A stretch of 62,237 nucleotides of DNA, the filler included. It is 8 parts of 8 records of this genome, joined end to end, with 100 filler letters (N's around TTAATTAATTAA, not from the genome) between each part and the next. Parts side by side here need not be neighbours in the genome. Positions count along the whole stretch, not along the records: positions 48,423 to 54,598 come from SRR20825010_6054; positions 54,699 to 58,331 come from SRR20825010_6059; positions 58,432 to 62,237 come from SRR20825010_6061; 5 more parts are not named here. One strand, 5' to 3'. The notes below the pieces were generated by a model that saw nothing but the letters and a program-made list of their open reading frames with translations, ran no database searches and had not been told where the DNA came from. Numbering within the stretch: the stretch's first letter is position 1; each line of letters opens with the position of its first letter. Made by a program: the position numbers and the translations under genes. This document shows positions 49,777 through 59,475 of this stretch, piece by piece.

Positions 49777-52700
49777 TTATGGGGCTTGTGTCGGGGCCGG
49801 AATGGCGGCGGGCTCGTCTTTTTGCGGCGCAACATCAACAGGGGTTGTCGGTGCGGGTGCGGCTTCCGGCGGCATGGAAGAGCCGAACTCGAAAATGCGG
49901 CGCAGGAAGCCCGGCGCGATGGCCGAAAGCGGATTGACGATGACGGAGGGGTTTTCGGTGGTGCCTTTGACCGCATAGGTGACGCCAAAAATGCCCTCGC
50001 CTTCGCGCCCGATCAGCAATGGGCCGAGCAGAGGCACATTGCCGAGCACCGAATTGAGCGTATAGGCGGGAACGAGCGTGCCTTCCAGCTCCAGCACATC
50101 ATTGACGCGATCGACTTGGCCCTGAAGCGTGAGGCCGATGGCGGGACCGGCCATGCGGGCCTCTTCGACATAGATGCGGCTGCCGGTGACGCGGAACGGC
50201 AGGACGAGGTGATCAAAATAGATGCCGTCGCCCGACATGGTGTCGCCAATGCCGGTGAGCGAGCCGAGTGTCAGGATTTTGGCGAGCACTGGCGCATTGA
50301 CGATGCGGAATTTCGAGACATCAATCGTGCCCTTCATAGGCGAGCCGGCCTGCGTGTCGTCAATCTTGGCGCTGGCTTTCATGGTGCCGCCGGTGACGCC
50401 TTCGGCCAGATCGAGCGCGCGGAAGACCAGACCAGCGTCGGGAGAATTGACGGTGAAGGCACGGACCTGCGGACCGTCCGGCGCAATGCGGGCGACAAGG
50501 GGCTGTCCACTCTCGTCGCTTGCCTCGACATTGAACGTGTAAACCCAATCGTCGATCAGGGTGAAGCGGGCATCAAGATTTGAAAAGCGCGTGGCGTTCT
50601 GGCCGACGACTGTGCCAATGGCTGCGCGGATGACCGTGCGGCGCGATTTGTCGGCAAGCATTTCCGGTGTGACGAGGCGGTTGGCAGCTTCGGCGGCGGC
50701 CTGCGGATCGGCTTGCGTGCTACCATCGCCACCAACGACATTGCGCAGCAGGAGGCTGGCATCGGCACGCAAACCGTTAATGTCGAGCGACAGAACGCCC
50801 TCGTCATTACGAAGTCCGCGGATGGAAAGATAATTATCCGGCTCTAATGTGATTTGCGGGAAGCTGATGCTCTGCCAGTCCCATTTGCGGTTCATGGCAA
50901 ATTCGCCAGCCGCATCGACACCCTCGCCCGACAATTGGAATCCGGAAAAGCCGAAACCATTGGGGCGGATGGCCAGATCAGTGTCCAGTGTGACTTTGGT
51001 GCCGGGTTCCTTGATCCAGCCAAGATAGTCCAGCGTGACTTTGCTGGCTGTGAGGTCGGCATGGATTTTGGCACGGTCGAGCTTGGAGCCGCTGCCTGTC
51101 AGCGTTGCGTCGATATAGGCGGGGCCATCAATATATTTGTCGAATTTGAGACCCACGGCCCTGCGGCCCGCATTGTCGATATTGCCAGTGAGCCGGAAGG
51201 ACGAATTGGGCGTGGCGCCATTGCCGCGCTTAAAGCGTTCTTTCCAGACGAGATCGAGCGGGGCGGCACCATTAAGGCCGACGGGGCCAATGGCACGCAG
51301 ACCGTCGCGGTCGATGGTGATGTCAAGCGTGCCCGATGTGATGGACAGATCGGGCTGGATATTGGGGATCATCACATCATCGGCATGTGCGGTGCCTTTG
51401 AAATCCACTTCGTCAATCGTGACGCCCTTGACCAATGGCAGGGTGAGAACAGCCGAGACTTTGCCCGTGCCGCCGACCTGATTGATGTCGAGATCGAAGC
51501 CGCGAATGAGGCGCAGCGGCTCGTGATTGAGCAGCGTGAGAATATCGGTGGTGCGGCCCTCGCCTGTGAATGAAATCTGGCCAATGCTGCGACGGCTGGC
51601 AAGATCATCGTCGAGGAAATGTCCTTCAGACATTTGCAGGACACGATTGGTCAGCACGCCCTCGTCCGGCCCGACCGTGACTTGAGCGGTGGAGACCCAG
51701 GCGTCGAACTGGTTATTGGCGACAAGGCCGCGTGCGGCGACGCCCGTGAGTGGCGGCATGCCGTCAAGGAAATTCACACGCGCGCCGGTGACATTGAAAT
51801 CGAAGCGCAAGCCACCATCGGGGATGGGGATGTGTTTCTCTTCGACTTCAGCCAAAAGATCGGCGGGCACGTTGATGTCGAGATTGGCATCAACCAACGT
51901 GCCGTCACGCAAGTTTTTGGCAACCCATTCGCGCGCCTTATGAGACAGCGGGAGCGGCCAAGCCGCACGGGCATCATTGACGGGGATATTGCTCAGGCGA
52001 ACTTTTGCATTCAACGCAGGCGAACGCGCACCCTCGCCCACGATGCCAGAGCCTTTGACGAGACCACCGGCAACGCCCAGCGAAATCTCGGCAACATCGA
52101 TCTGACGCTTTTCGAAATCCAGCGTGCCACGGAAATAGGCATTGTCGAATGTGACCGGACCTTCGAAGAAATCCGCGATCTCGGTTGTGGTATTGCCTGC
52201 CTTCAACTCGACCAAAGCGGTTTGAAGCCGGATGCCTTCGCCAAGCTGATAGTCGGCATGGCCGGTGAGCGAAATATTATGTGGACCCGCCTGAAGATCG
52301 AGACGCCGGAGATCGACACGTTTCTTCTCGGCATCGAGTGTGAGTTCGGCATAGGCCTTCTCAAGGCTCACGGGGGCCTGTTTGAGAGCCAGAATGGTGA
52401 ACTGACCGGCACCGGCATTGACCTTGAGATTTGCCCCGCGCACGACACCCTTGCGTGAAATGGTGAGATCGCCCGTCGCAGAGAGCGGTGCATCAATATA
52501 GCCGTAGGCGGCAAAGGCAGGTGACATGCGGCCGATGGCGGCAAGCACAATATTGTCCACCTTCATACGCGCGGTGGCGTTGTCGTCACCTTGGGGCAGC
52601 GCACCTTCAAGCTCGATATGGCCAACTGTGTCGTCGAGTTTTAGATCGGCGCTGAGTGAACCGGCCAGACCGCCGGGGCCGCGAAAGAATGCGAGATTGG

Positions 52701-53292
52701 CATTGGGCGCTTCAAAAGTGACGTCATTGACCTCGTCCACCACGGTGATGGTGGCGTCATGAATGCCGAAGCGCCGGAAATAGGCGAGCATGGGCACATT
52801 GTTGTTCTCGCCCATCAAAGCTTCGAGCATCGGGCCGATGACAAAGCCGGTTCCCTCTTCCGAAGGCGGCGCATCGGCTGAGGCCAGACCCAGCGTGATG
52901 CCGGTTGGGCGACGGATGAGCGTGGTGGAAACGCCGTAAAGTTCGACAGATGTGGGTGCGATCTCGCCGCGCACCAAAGCGGGCATGGAAAGACGGAAAG
53001 ACAATTCCGGCAGGGTCGTGACGCGATTGCCATCGGCACCGTTGACCGTGACGTTGATCACGCGCATGGAAATCTGCCGCCGTTCGGGCGACCAGCGCAG
53101 GATCGTGTCGCCAATGTCGATCTGGCCACCTTCCAACTGGGAGGAGACGACGTCTTCCATGATCTGGCTGAGGATGGGCAGAGAGACAGGTCCGCTGGAC
53201 AGCCGCCATGCGAGCACGGCAAGCAGAACCGCGACCACGGCAACCGCAACCCCGATAACTTCCAGAAAAATCTTACTCGTGCGACGTATCAA
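49777..53292 (-). CDS. YhdP/AsmA-like (DUF3971 + AsmA_2) periplasmic bridge protein
   Basis: Single N-terminal TM, RLSSGPVSL, beta-rich 1171 aa, C-terminal GTLVPAYTLNS...VNPLSAIAPGFLR.IF; TTG start. Confidence 0.88.
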   Translation of the reverse strand: MIRRTSKIFLEVIGVAVAVVAVLLAVLAWRLSSGPVSLPILSQIMEDVVSSQLEGGQIDIGDTILRWSPERRQISMRVINVTVNGADGNRVTTLPELSFRLSMPALVRGEIAPTSVELYGVSTTLIRRPTGITLGLASADAPPSEEGTGFVIGPMLEALMGENNNVPMLAYFRRFGIHDATITVVDEVNDVTFEAPNANLAFFRGPGGLAGSLSADLKLDDTVGHIELEGALPQGDDNATARMKVDNIVLAAIGRMSPAFAAYGYIDAPLSATGDLTISRKGVVRGANLKVNAGAGQFTILALKQAPVSLEKAYAELTLDAEKKRVDLRRLDLQAGPHNISLTGHADYQLGEGIRLQTALVELKAGNTTTEIADFFEGPVTFDNAYFRGTLDFEKRQIDVAEISLGVAGGLVKGSGIVGEGARSPALNAKVRLSNIPVNDARAAWPLPLSHKAREWVAKNLRDGTLVDANLDINVPADLLAEVEEKHIPIPDGGLRFDFNVTGARVNFLDGMPPLTGVAARGLVANNQFDAWVSTAQVTVGPDEGVLTNRVLQMSEGHFLDDDLASRRSIGQISFTGEGRTTDILTLLNHEPLRLIRGFDLDINQVGGTGKVSAVLTLPLVKGVTIDEVDFKGTAHADDVMIPNIQPDLSITSGTLDITIDRDGLRAIGPVGLNGAAPLDLVWKERFKRGNGATPNSSFRLTGNIDNAGRRAVGLKFDKYIDGPAYIDATLTGSGSKLDRAKIHADLTASKVTLDYLGWIKEPGTKVTLDTDLAIRPNGFGFSGFQLSGEGVDAAGEFAMNRKWDWQSISFPQITLEPDNYLSIRGLRNDEGVLSLDINGLRADASLLLRNVVGGDGSTQADPQAAAEAANRLVTPEMLADKSRRTVIRAAIGTVVGQNATRFSNLDARFTLIDDWVYTFNVEASDESGQPLVARIAPDGPQVRAFTVNSPDAGLVFRALDLAEGVTGGTMKASAKIDDTQAGSPMKGTIDVSKFRIVNAPVLAKILTLGSLTGIGDTMSGDGIYFDHLVLPFRVTGSRIYVEEARMAGPAIGLTLQGQVDRVNDVLELEGTLVPAYTLNSVLGNVPLLGPLLIGREGEGIFGVTYAVKGTTENPSVIVNPLSAIAPGFLRRIFEFGSSMPPEAAPAPTTPVDVAPQKDEPAAIPAPTQAP

Positions 53293-53624
53293 GGAACCGA
53301 CGGTCTCCTATGGCTCACCACCCTCGTGCTGGCGAGAGAACCATTCTGAAGCAAGACCGCGGCCAGAATGGAAACCGCGTGGCATTATTTAGCCGTGACG
53401 GACGCTATTGTCCCGCCTTTTGAGGCCATTCGGTCTGACAATCGAGCGTCTGATCGTTTACCATGACCGAACGAGAGAGAGTCGGCGCAAGCGGCGGGCG
53501 ACCAGAGGCAAAAGCAAACACTCTGTTCGGGATCAATCGGGCCGGATTTGCCGTGCCAGACCTGTGGAGACGTTTTGCTCAAGCTGGTTGCACTCAGCTG
53601 CACCTTGCGCGAAGGAAAGAATTT

Positions 53625-54323
53625 ATGGCCAAGACCGACAAAGCAAAGAAATCGGGCACAAAAGTGACGAAAACCAAGGCTGCGACAAAGTCCGCGCCGA
53701 AATCGGCAGCTAAGGCGCCCGCAAAGCCAAAGGCTGCAAAATCTGCGGCCAAAACTCCGTCCAAGAAAAAAGAAGCCAAGCCGGTGCTGAAGCCGGTGCC
53801 GCTGCCGCCTCTTTTTCCCAATCGCCGTCCTGTGGCGCTGGCGGGGACTGACGCATCGCATGACCTGTCTGTGGGTGCGCTGGCACCTGCCTTTGCACTG
53901 CCCGCCGATGACGGAACAACCGTTTCTCTGAAAGACCTCAAGGGCAAAAAGATTGTTCTCTATTTCTATCCCAAGGACGACACGCCGGGCTGCACGACGG
54001 AAGCCATCGAGTTTTCTGCGCTGAAGTCAAAATTCGACAGGGCGGGTGCCGTTGTGATCGGCGTCTCCAAAGACAGTGTGGCCAAGCACGGCAAGTTCCG
54101 CGACAAGCACAATCTGACGGTGCGGCTGCTATCGGACGAGGATGGCGCGATGCTGAATGCTTACGGTGTCTGGGCGGAAAAGAGCCTCTATGGCCGCAAG
54201 TTCATGGGCATAAACCGGACAACCTTTCTGATTGACGGGCGCGGCGTGATTGCCCGGGTCTGGCCCAAGGTGAAGGTCAAAGGCCATGCTGAAGAGGTGC
54301 TCGACGCGGTGAAAGCGCTCTGA
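53625..54323 (+). CDS. bcp: BCP/PrxQ peroxiredoxin with a Lys/Ala-rich N-terminal extension
   Basis: YFYPKDDTPGCTTEA, GVSKD, RTTFLID; single Cys; GAAGGA RBS before MAKTDK. Confidence 0.9.
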   Translation: MAKTDKAKKSGTKVTKTKAATKSAPKSAAKAPAKPKAAKSAAKTPSKKKEAKPVLKPVPLPPLFPNRRPVALAGTDASHDLSVGALAPAFALPADDGTTVSLKDLKGKKIVLYFYPKDDTPGCTTEAIEFSALKSKFDRAGAVVIGVSKDSVAKHGKFRDKHNLTVRLLSDEDGAMLNAYGVWAEKSLYGRKFMGINRTTFLIDGRGVIARVWPKVKVKGHAEEVLDAVKAL

Positions 54324-54598
54324 ATGGATGCGTTTGCGTCGCTGGCGCAAGGCGCCCGGCTGGTTCTGACAACGGACAATGCCGACAAGAAAGCCGCCTG
54401 CGCGCATGAAGTTGCCAAAGCCTGGCGGACGGGTGATCTGGCACTGATTTGCGCGGGTGACCCCGATATGCCTGTGCGCCCTGCCCGACCGGAAAAGCCG
54501 GAACTGCTGTCCCATCGCGACATGCCGAAACGGACTTTCAAAGGACCACGCGGGCGTTTTGCGACGCTGCATGCACTGGCCCATATCGAACTTAATGC
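54324..54598 (+). CDS. DUF455 ferritin-like protein, N-terminal fragment
   Basis: P.RPARPEKPELL....MPKR...R..LHALAHIELNA. Confidence 0.88.
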
Positions 54599-54698
54599 NN
54601 NNNNNNNNNNNNNNNNNNNNNNNNNNNNNNNNNNNNNNNNNNTTAATTAATTAANNNNNNNNNNNNNNNNNNNNNNNNNNNNNNNNNNNNNNNNNNNN
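54599..54698. other. Artificial contig spacer
   Basis: N44-TTAATTAATTAA-N44. Confidence 0.99.
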
Positions 54699-55237
54699 GC
54701 AAATGCGCCGAAGGACGGCGCATCCCGGTCTTTCGCCGAGACCACCGGATCGATATCCTTCAGCGGCCAGTCGATGCCGATGTCGGGATCGTCGAAGCGT
54801 ACGCTGCCGTCGCATTCCGGGGCGTAATAATCCGAGCATTTGTAGATGATCTCGGTATCGGGTTCCAGCGTCATGAAACCATGCAGGAAGCCTTCCGGGA
54901 TCAGCAACTGCCTGCCATTGTCGAAGGAAAGCTCGACGCCATACCATTGACCGAAGGTGGCAGAGCCCTTGCGGGCATCGACCGCGACATCGAAAAGCCG
55001 GCCGCGCCCGCACCGCACCAGCTTTGCCTGCGCATGCGGCGGCGCCTGGAAATGCAAGCCGCGCACGGTGCCCACCGCTTTCGAAAGCGAATGATTGTCC
55101 TGCACGAAATCGATATCGACGCCTTTCTCGGCAAGCGTCTTGCGGTTCCAGCTCTCGCTGAAAAACCCGCGTTCATCCCCGAAACGGCGCGGGGTGAGAA
55201 GGAGGAGCCCGGGGATTTCGAGTTTCTGAATGTCCAT
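54699..55237 (-). CDS. rfbC: dTDP-4-dehydrorhamnose 3,5-epimerase (3' end cut)
   Basis: DERGFFSES, FVQDNHS, RGLHFQ, AQAKLVR, HGF, YKCSDYY. Confidence 0.95.
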
Positions 55238-55480
55238 GGTCTGCACCCCCGTCTTGCGTAAAATTCTTGTGCTTCCGATTACACGAGGCAGCAATATGGA
55301 GCAAGTTGTCTTCGGTAAGACGACTTGCCGTATTTCAGCGTCAGGTCAGGGACTTGGCATAGGCTGTGGAGCCAGAAGCGGCGCGCTATTGGACCATTGG
55401 CTTTATGCCGTCTGGCGATAGGCAGACAGGTATGAAATCCTGTAAAGGAATATCGGCAAACATTAGGAACGGGCCCTCCA

Positions 55481-57253
55481 TTGAAAAATATCTTCATCTC
55501 CGTCGTCTATTTCAAACCGGCGCCGCTGATAAAAACCCGCTACCTCAATCCCATCCAGGCCGGCAGGGCGCTGGGGCGATATCCGTTTCCGGAGGTGATC
55601 GGCGATGATACCGGCGTCAATATCTCGGAAAAGAACGTCAGTTGGAATGAACTGACCGTGCTTTACTGGATGCGGCAAAATGTCGACGCCGAGTTCTACG
55701 GCCTGATGCATTATCGCCGCCTGCTGGTGTTTGCTGAAAAACCGCCGAAGCGGCTGGCCTTTTCCGAAGTCACCGGGCGCGAGATCGAGCGCTACGGCTG
55801 GAAGGACGATCTGATCGAGAAGGCCTGCGAAGGCGTCGATATCCTGACGCCGCAAACGCGAGACATCTATCTGCCGGGCCTGCCGGAAGTGCTGATGTCG
55901 GCCGGCGAATTCTATACCCATCAGCACCACGGCGAGGATATGGAGATCGTCGAGGCGATCGTGAGAACCCGCTTTCCGGCAATCTATCCGTTTCTCGTGC
56001 AGGTGCTTGCAGGTCGCAGGATTTTCTTCAACAGCATCACTGTGATGCGCAAACCCCTGTTTCAGGAATATTGCGACTTCCTGTTCGAAACGCTCGAGGC
56101 TGCCGAACAACAGATCGATACCAGTGGCTATGATCCCTACCAGAAGCGAATCTGGGGGTTCCTTTCGGAATATCTGACGAACGCCTACGTCCACTACGCC
56201 AAGGCCGTGCACGATGCCAAGGTGCGGGAACTACCGCTGACCTGGGGCATGCATCCACGCCCGCCTGTGGCTCCGGAAGATGTGCTTGAAGCGGCGCGGT
56301 CGACGCGGAGCGCAATTGTGGCCCGCAAACTGGCCGGCGAGGGCGACATCAATGTCGTGCTGTCCGTCGATGACCGCTACGCCCCGCATGCCGCGGTAAC
56401 GATGCTCTCCGCCCTGAAAACCAGCGAAACGCCCGCAAGGCTGCGCTTTTTCGTCCTCAATGGCGGCAATATTTCTGAGGCAAACCGGACCAGGCTCGAC
56501 GACATGGTCGCAGCCGCCGGGGGGCGGCTGGATTTCGTCGATATCGATGACCGCGACCTCCGCTTTCTGCCGCTCAACCGGGATTATGTCTCGATCGCCA
56601 CCTATTACCGGCTGGTGATGCATCGCTATCTGCCGGCGGAAGTGGACAAGGCAATCTATATCGATGCCGACACGGTCGTCGTCCAACCTCTGGAGCGGCT
56701 CTGGAATATCGATCTCGAAGACCATCCCGTCGCCGGCGCGCCCGATGATGCCGGGTTCCATCAGGCGCGGCGATTGCAGCTTTCAAGCGACCACCGCTAT
56801 TTCAACGCCGGCGTCATGGTGTTCGACATCGCCCGGTTCCGGCAGATGGATATCGCAGCCGACGTGCTTTCGGCCTTCCGCAAAAAGGGGCCCTATATCG
56901 TCTCGCAGGACCAGGACCTGCTCAACATCCTGTTCGAGAACGACACGAAAATCCTGCCGCTGTCGTGGAATGCGGGCACCCGCATCTACCGTGCCAACCC
57001 GCTGGAGCCCTCCTATAGCGAGGAGGAGGCCTATGAGGCGGCGCGGGCGCCTTCGATCGTGCATTTCACCGACGCGAAGAAGCCATGGCACACCAAATGC
57101 ACCCATCCCTTCACGGAACTCTACTGGGATTATCGCAATCTCACGCCATGGGCCGAAACCGCCGGCGCGACCCGCAAGCGGCGGCTGATCCAGAAAGCGC
57201 GGCGTCTGCTCAGGGCGCGCGACCGGCGGTTTGAGCGCAGCATGACATCGTAG
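55481..57253 (+). CDS. Bifunctional glycosyltransferase: DUF4422/GT111 + GT8 (WbbM-like architecture)
   Basis: DDTG.NISEKN..W.ELT..YW, GLMHYRR, R..GFLSE (DUF4422); TYYRL, YIDAD, YFNAGV, DQDLLN, HF....KPW (GT8); TTG start. Confidence 0.85.
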   Translation: MKNIFISVVYFKPAPLIKTRYLNPIQAGRALGRYPFPEVIGDDTGVNISEKNVSWNELTVLYWMRQNVDAEFYGLMHYRRLLVFAEKPPKRLAFSEVTGREIERYGWKDDLIEKACEGVDILTPQTRDIYLPGLPEVLMSAGEFYTHQHHGEDMEIVEAIVRTRFPAIYPFLVQVLAGRRIFFNSITVMRKPLFQEYCDFLFETLEAAEQQIDTSGYDPYQKRIWGFLSEYLTNAYVHYAKAVHDAKVRELPLTWGMHPRPPVAPEDVLEAARSTRSAIVARKLAGEGDINVVLSVDDRYAPHAAVTMLSALKTSETPARLRFFVLNGGNISEANRTRLDDMVAAAGGRLDFVDIDDRDLRFLPLNRDYVSIATYYRLVMHRYLPAEVDKAIYIDADTVVVQPLERLWNIDLEDHPVAGAPDDAGFHQARRLQLSSDHRYFNAGVMVFDIARFRQMDIAADVLSAFRKKGPYIVSQDQDLLNILFENDTKILPLSWNAGTRIYRANPLEPSYSEEEAYEAARAPSIVHFTDAKKPWHTKCTHPFTELYWDYRNLTPWAETAGATRKRRLIQKARRLLRARDRRFERSMTS

Positions 57254-57280
57254 AGACATAAACGGGTCGTCTCCACCCGC

Positions 57281-58331
57281 TCAGCCGCCGCTCAGTATAT
57301 CCATCAAGGTGCGACGTTTGCGTTGCGGCTGCGGGCTTCCATTCCCCACATCGGCTGGCGGGGTCGCCGAGGCGCTGGTCCCGCCGTCACCGAGGCGGCC
57401 GAGCAACTCGACCAGCGTTTTCGGCTCATTGCCGTTGGCGGGGCTGTTGGCCGGCGCCTTCGGCTCGATCAGCCTGCCGCCGCCATAAAGCGGCTGCGGC
57501 TTCAGGCCGTGATGGGCCTTGGCCATGTAGTCCTGCCAGATCCGGGCGGGCAGCTTGCCGCCGGTGACATGCCGCATCGGCGAATTATCGTCATTGCCGA
57601 CCCATACGCCGGTCGTGAGATTGGCGGTGAAGCCGACGAACAGCGCATCGCGCGAGGATTGCGTGGTGCCGGTCTTGCCGGCGACCTGCCAGCCGGAGAT
57701 CTGCGCGGCCTTGCCCGTGCCCTCGGTCACCACCCGCATCATCATGCCGTTCATGTTCGCTGCCGTCTGGGGGGAAAGCACCCGCTCCGGCGCCGGCGGC
57801 ACGGCCTGATAGAGCGGCTGGCCGTCCGTGGCTTTCACGCTTTCGATCAGATAGGGCGTCGCCTTGAAGCCACCATTCATGAATGCGGTATAGGCCCCGG
57901 TCAGCTCCAGCAGCGAGACCTCGGATGTGCCGAGCGCAAGCGAGGCATTGGCGGTGATATCCGAGGTGATGCCGAGCCTGTGGGCAAGGCTGACAACATA
58001 GCCGGGGCTTGCCTCCATCACCAGCTGGGCGGCGATGGTGTTGACGGAATGGGCAAGCGCGTTGGTCAGCGTCATCGGTCCGGAATAGGTCTTTTCGTAG
58101 TTTTCCGGCGTCCAGTCGTCGATGGTGATCGGCGCGTCGTTTCGAACAGAACCCGGCCGGTCGCCGATTTCCAGCGCCGCGGCATAGACGAACGGCTTGA
58201 AGGCGGAGCCCGGCTGGCGCCTGGCGGTCACGGCCCGGTTGAACTGGCTCTTCGAATAATCGCGCCCGCCGACCAGCGCCCGGATCGCGCCGGTGGCATC
58301 GACGGAAACGACCGCGCCCTGCTCCACCCGG
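57281..58331 (-). CDS. Class A penicillin-binding protein (PBP1A family), transpeptidase half, 5' partial
   Basis: RQPGSAFK (SxxK), S.N, GKTGT, WVGNDD. Confidence 0.92.
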
Positions 58332-58431
58332 NNNNNNNNNNNNNNNNNNNNNNNNNNNNNNNNNNNNNNNNNNNNTTAATTAATTAANNNNNNNNNNNNN
58401 NNNNNNNNNNNNNNNNNNNNNNNNNNNNNNN
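58332..58431. other. Artificial contig spacer
   Basis: N44-TTAATTAATTAA-N44. Confidence 0.99.
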
Positions 58432-59139
58432 GCCCCAGCCCAGCTCGTAATAGGCCCACCACGATCCCAGTGCGATCCCGGCCGTCAGGCTGATCCACGC
58501 GGCCAGCGTCCAAGGCCGCACCCAGCGCGCCCACGCGGCGTCGACACGCCCTTCAAGCAGGGCTGCCACCGCAAAGGAGAACACAATGGAAAAGCCGACA
58601 TAGCCGAAATACAGCAGCGGCGGATGCATGGCGAGACCGACATCCTGCAACAGCGGGTTCAGGTCGCTGCCATTGGCGGGTGGCGGAAAGACCCGCTCGA
58701 ACGGGTTCGAGGTGAACAGCAGGAAGCTCAAAAAACCCACGCTGATCCAGGCCTGAATCGACAAGACGCGCGCCTTCGTCTCGGCGGGGATGTTCGATCC
58801 AAACAGCGCCACGCTTGCGCCAAAGACCGTAAGGATCAGCACCCACAGCAGCAGCGAGCCTTCGCGGCTGCCCCATGTTCCGGCGATCTTGAACAATATC
58901 GGTTTCAGGGAATGCGAATTCTCAACTACGTTCAGCACAGTAAAGTCGCTAACCACGAAGGAGCGCATCAACGCTGCAAAGGCTAGCCCGACAAAAACCA
59001 CCTGTCCCATAGCCGAGGACTGCGCGGATTGCATCCACACCAGGTTGCCCCGCGATGCGCCCAGCAATGGCAGCACGCCCTGAACGATGGCAAGGGCCAG
59101 CGCCAATGCCAGTGAAAAATGTCCGATTTCCGGGATCAT
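58432..59139 (-). CDS. ccmF: Cytochrome c heme lyase CcmF, 3' partial
   Basis: MIPEIGH, SDF.V.NV..NSH, EGSLLLW, LNPLLQD...HPPLLY.GY, GSWWAYYELGWG. Confidence 0.95.
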
Positions 59140-59166
59140 GCTCGGCCCTCCTCGGGGGTGTCGCGG

Positions 59167-59475
59167 TTATTTGTCCAGCGCAGCCTTGCGTTGCTGGAAT
59201 TCTTCTTTGTCGATCTCGCCACGCGCATAGCGTAGGCGCAGTTCCTCGAGCGCATCCGGCACGGCTGTCCCGGTGTCGCCGCGGCCCGACAACCGCATCA
59301 CGGCCAGAGCCACAGCCGCAATCACCAGCCCCCAGAACAGCAGCATACCGAACCCGCCAAAGCCAAATCCGTAGCCCCCCATGTCGGTGCCATTCATCAT
59401 GCCGTCACCGGCATCGGCCACCGCATGTCCGGCTGCGGCCATCGCCACGCCCAGTGCAATCAGGATCTGTCTCAT
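59167..59475 (-). CDS. SHOCT-domain membrane protein
   Basis: Signal peptide, GMM...GG.GFG segment, TM helix, DALEELRLRYARGEIDKEEF. Confidence 0.87.
   Translation of the reverse strand: MRQILIALGVAMAAAGHAVADAGDGMMNGTDMGGYGFGFGGFGMLLFWGLVIAAVALAVMRLSGRGDTGTAVPDALEELRLRYARGEIDKEEFQQRKAALDK

Noticed and set aside
58855..58880. CcmF WGSREGS instead of WGxHEGS as a sign of inactivation
   Set aside because: That position varies among CcmF homologs; the HPP histidine and the start of the WWD motif are intact.
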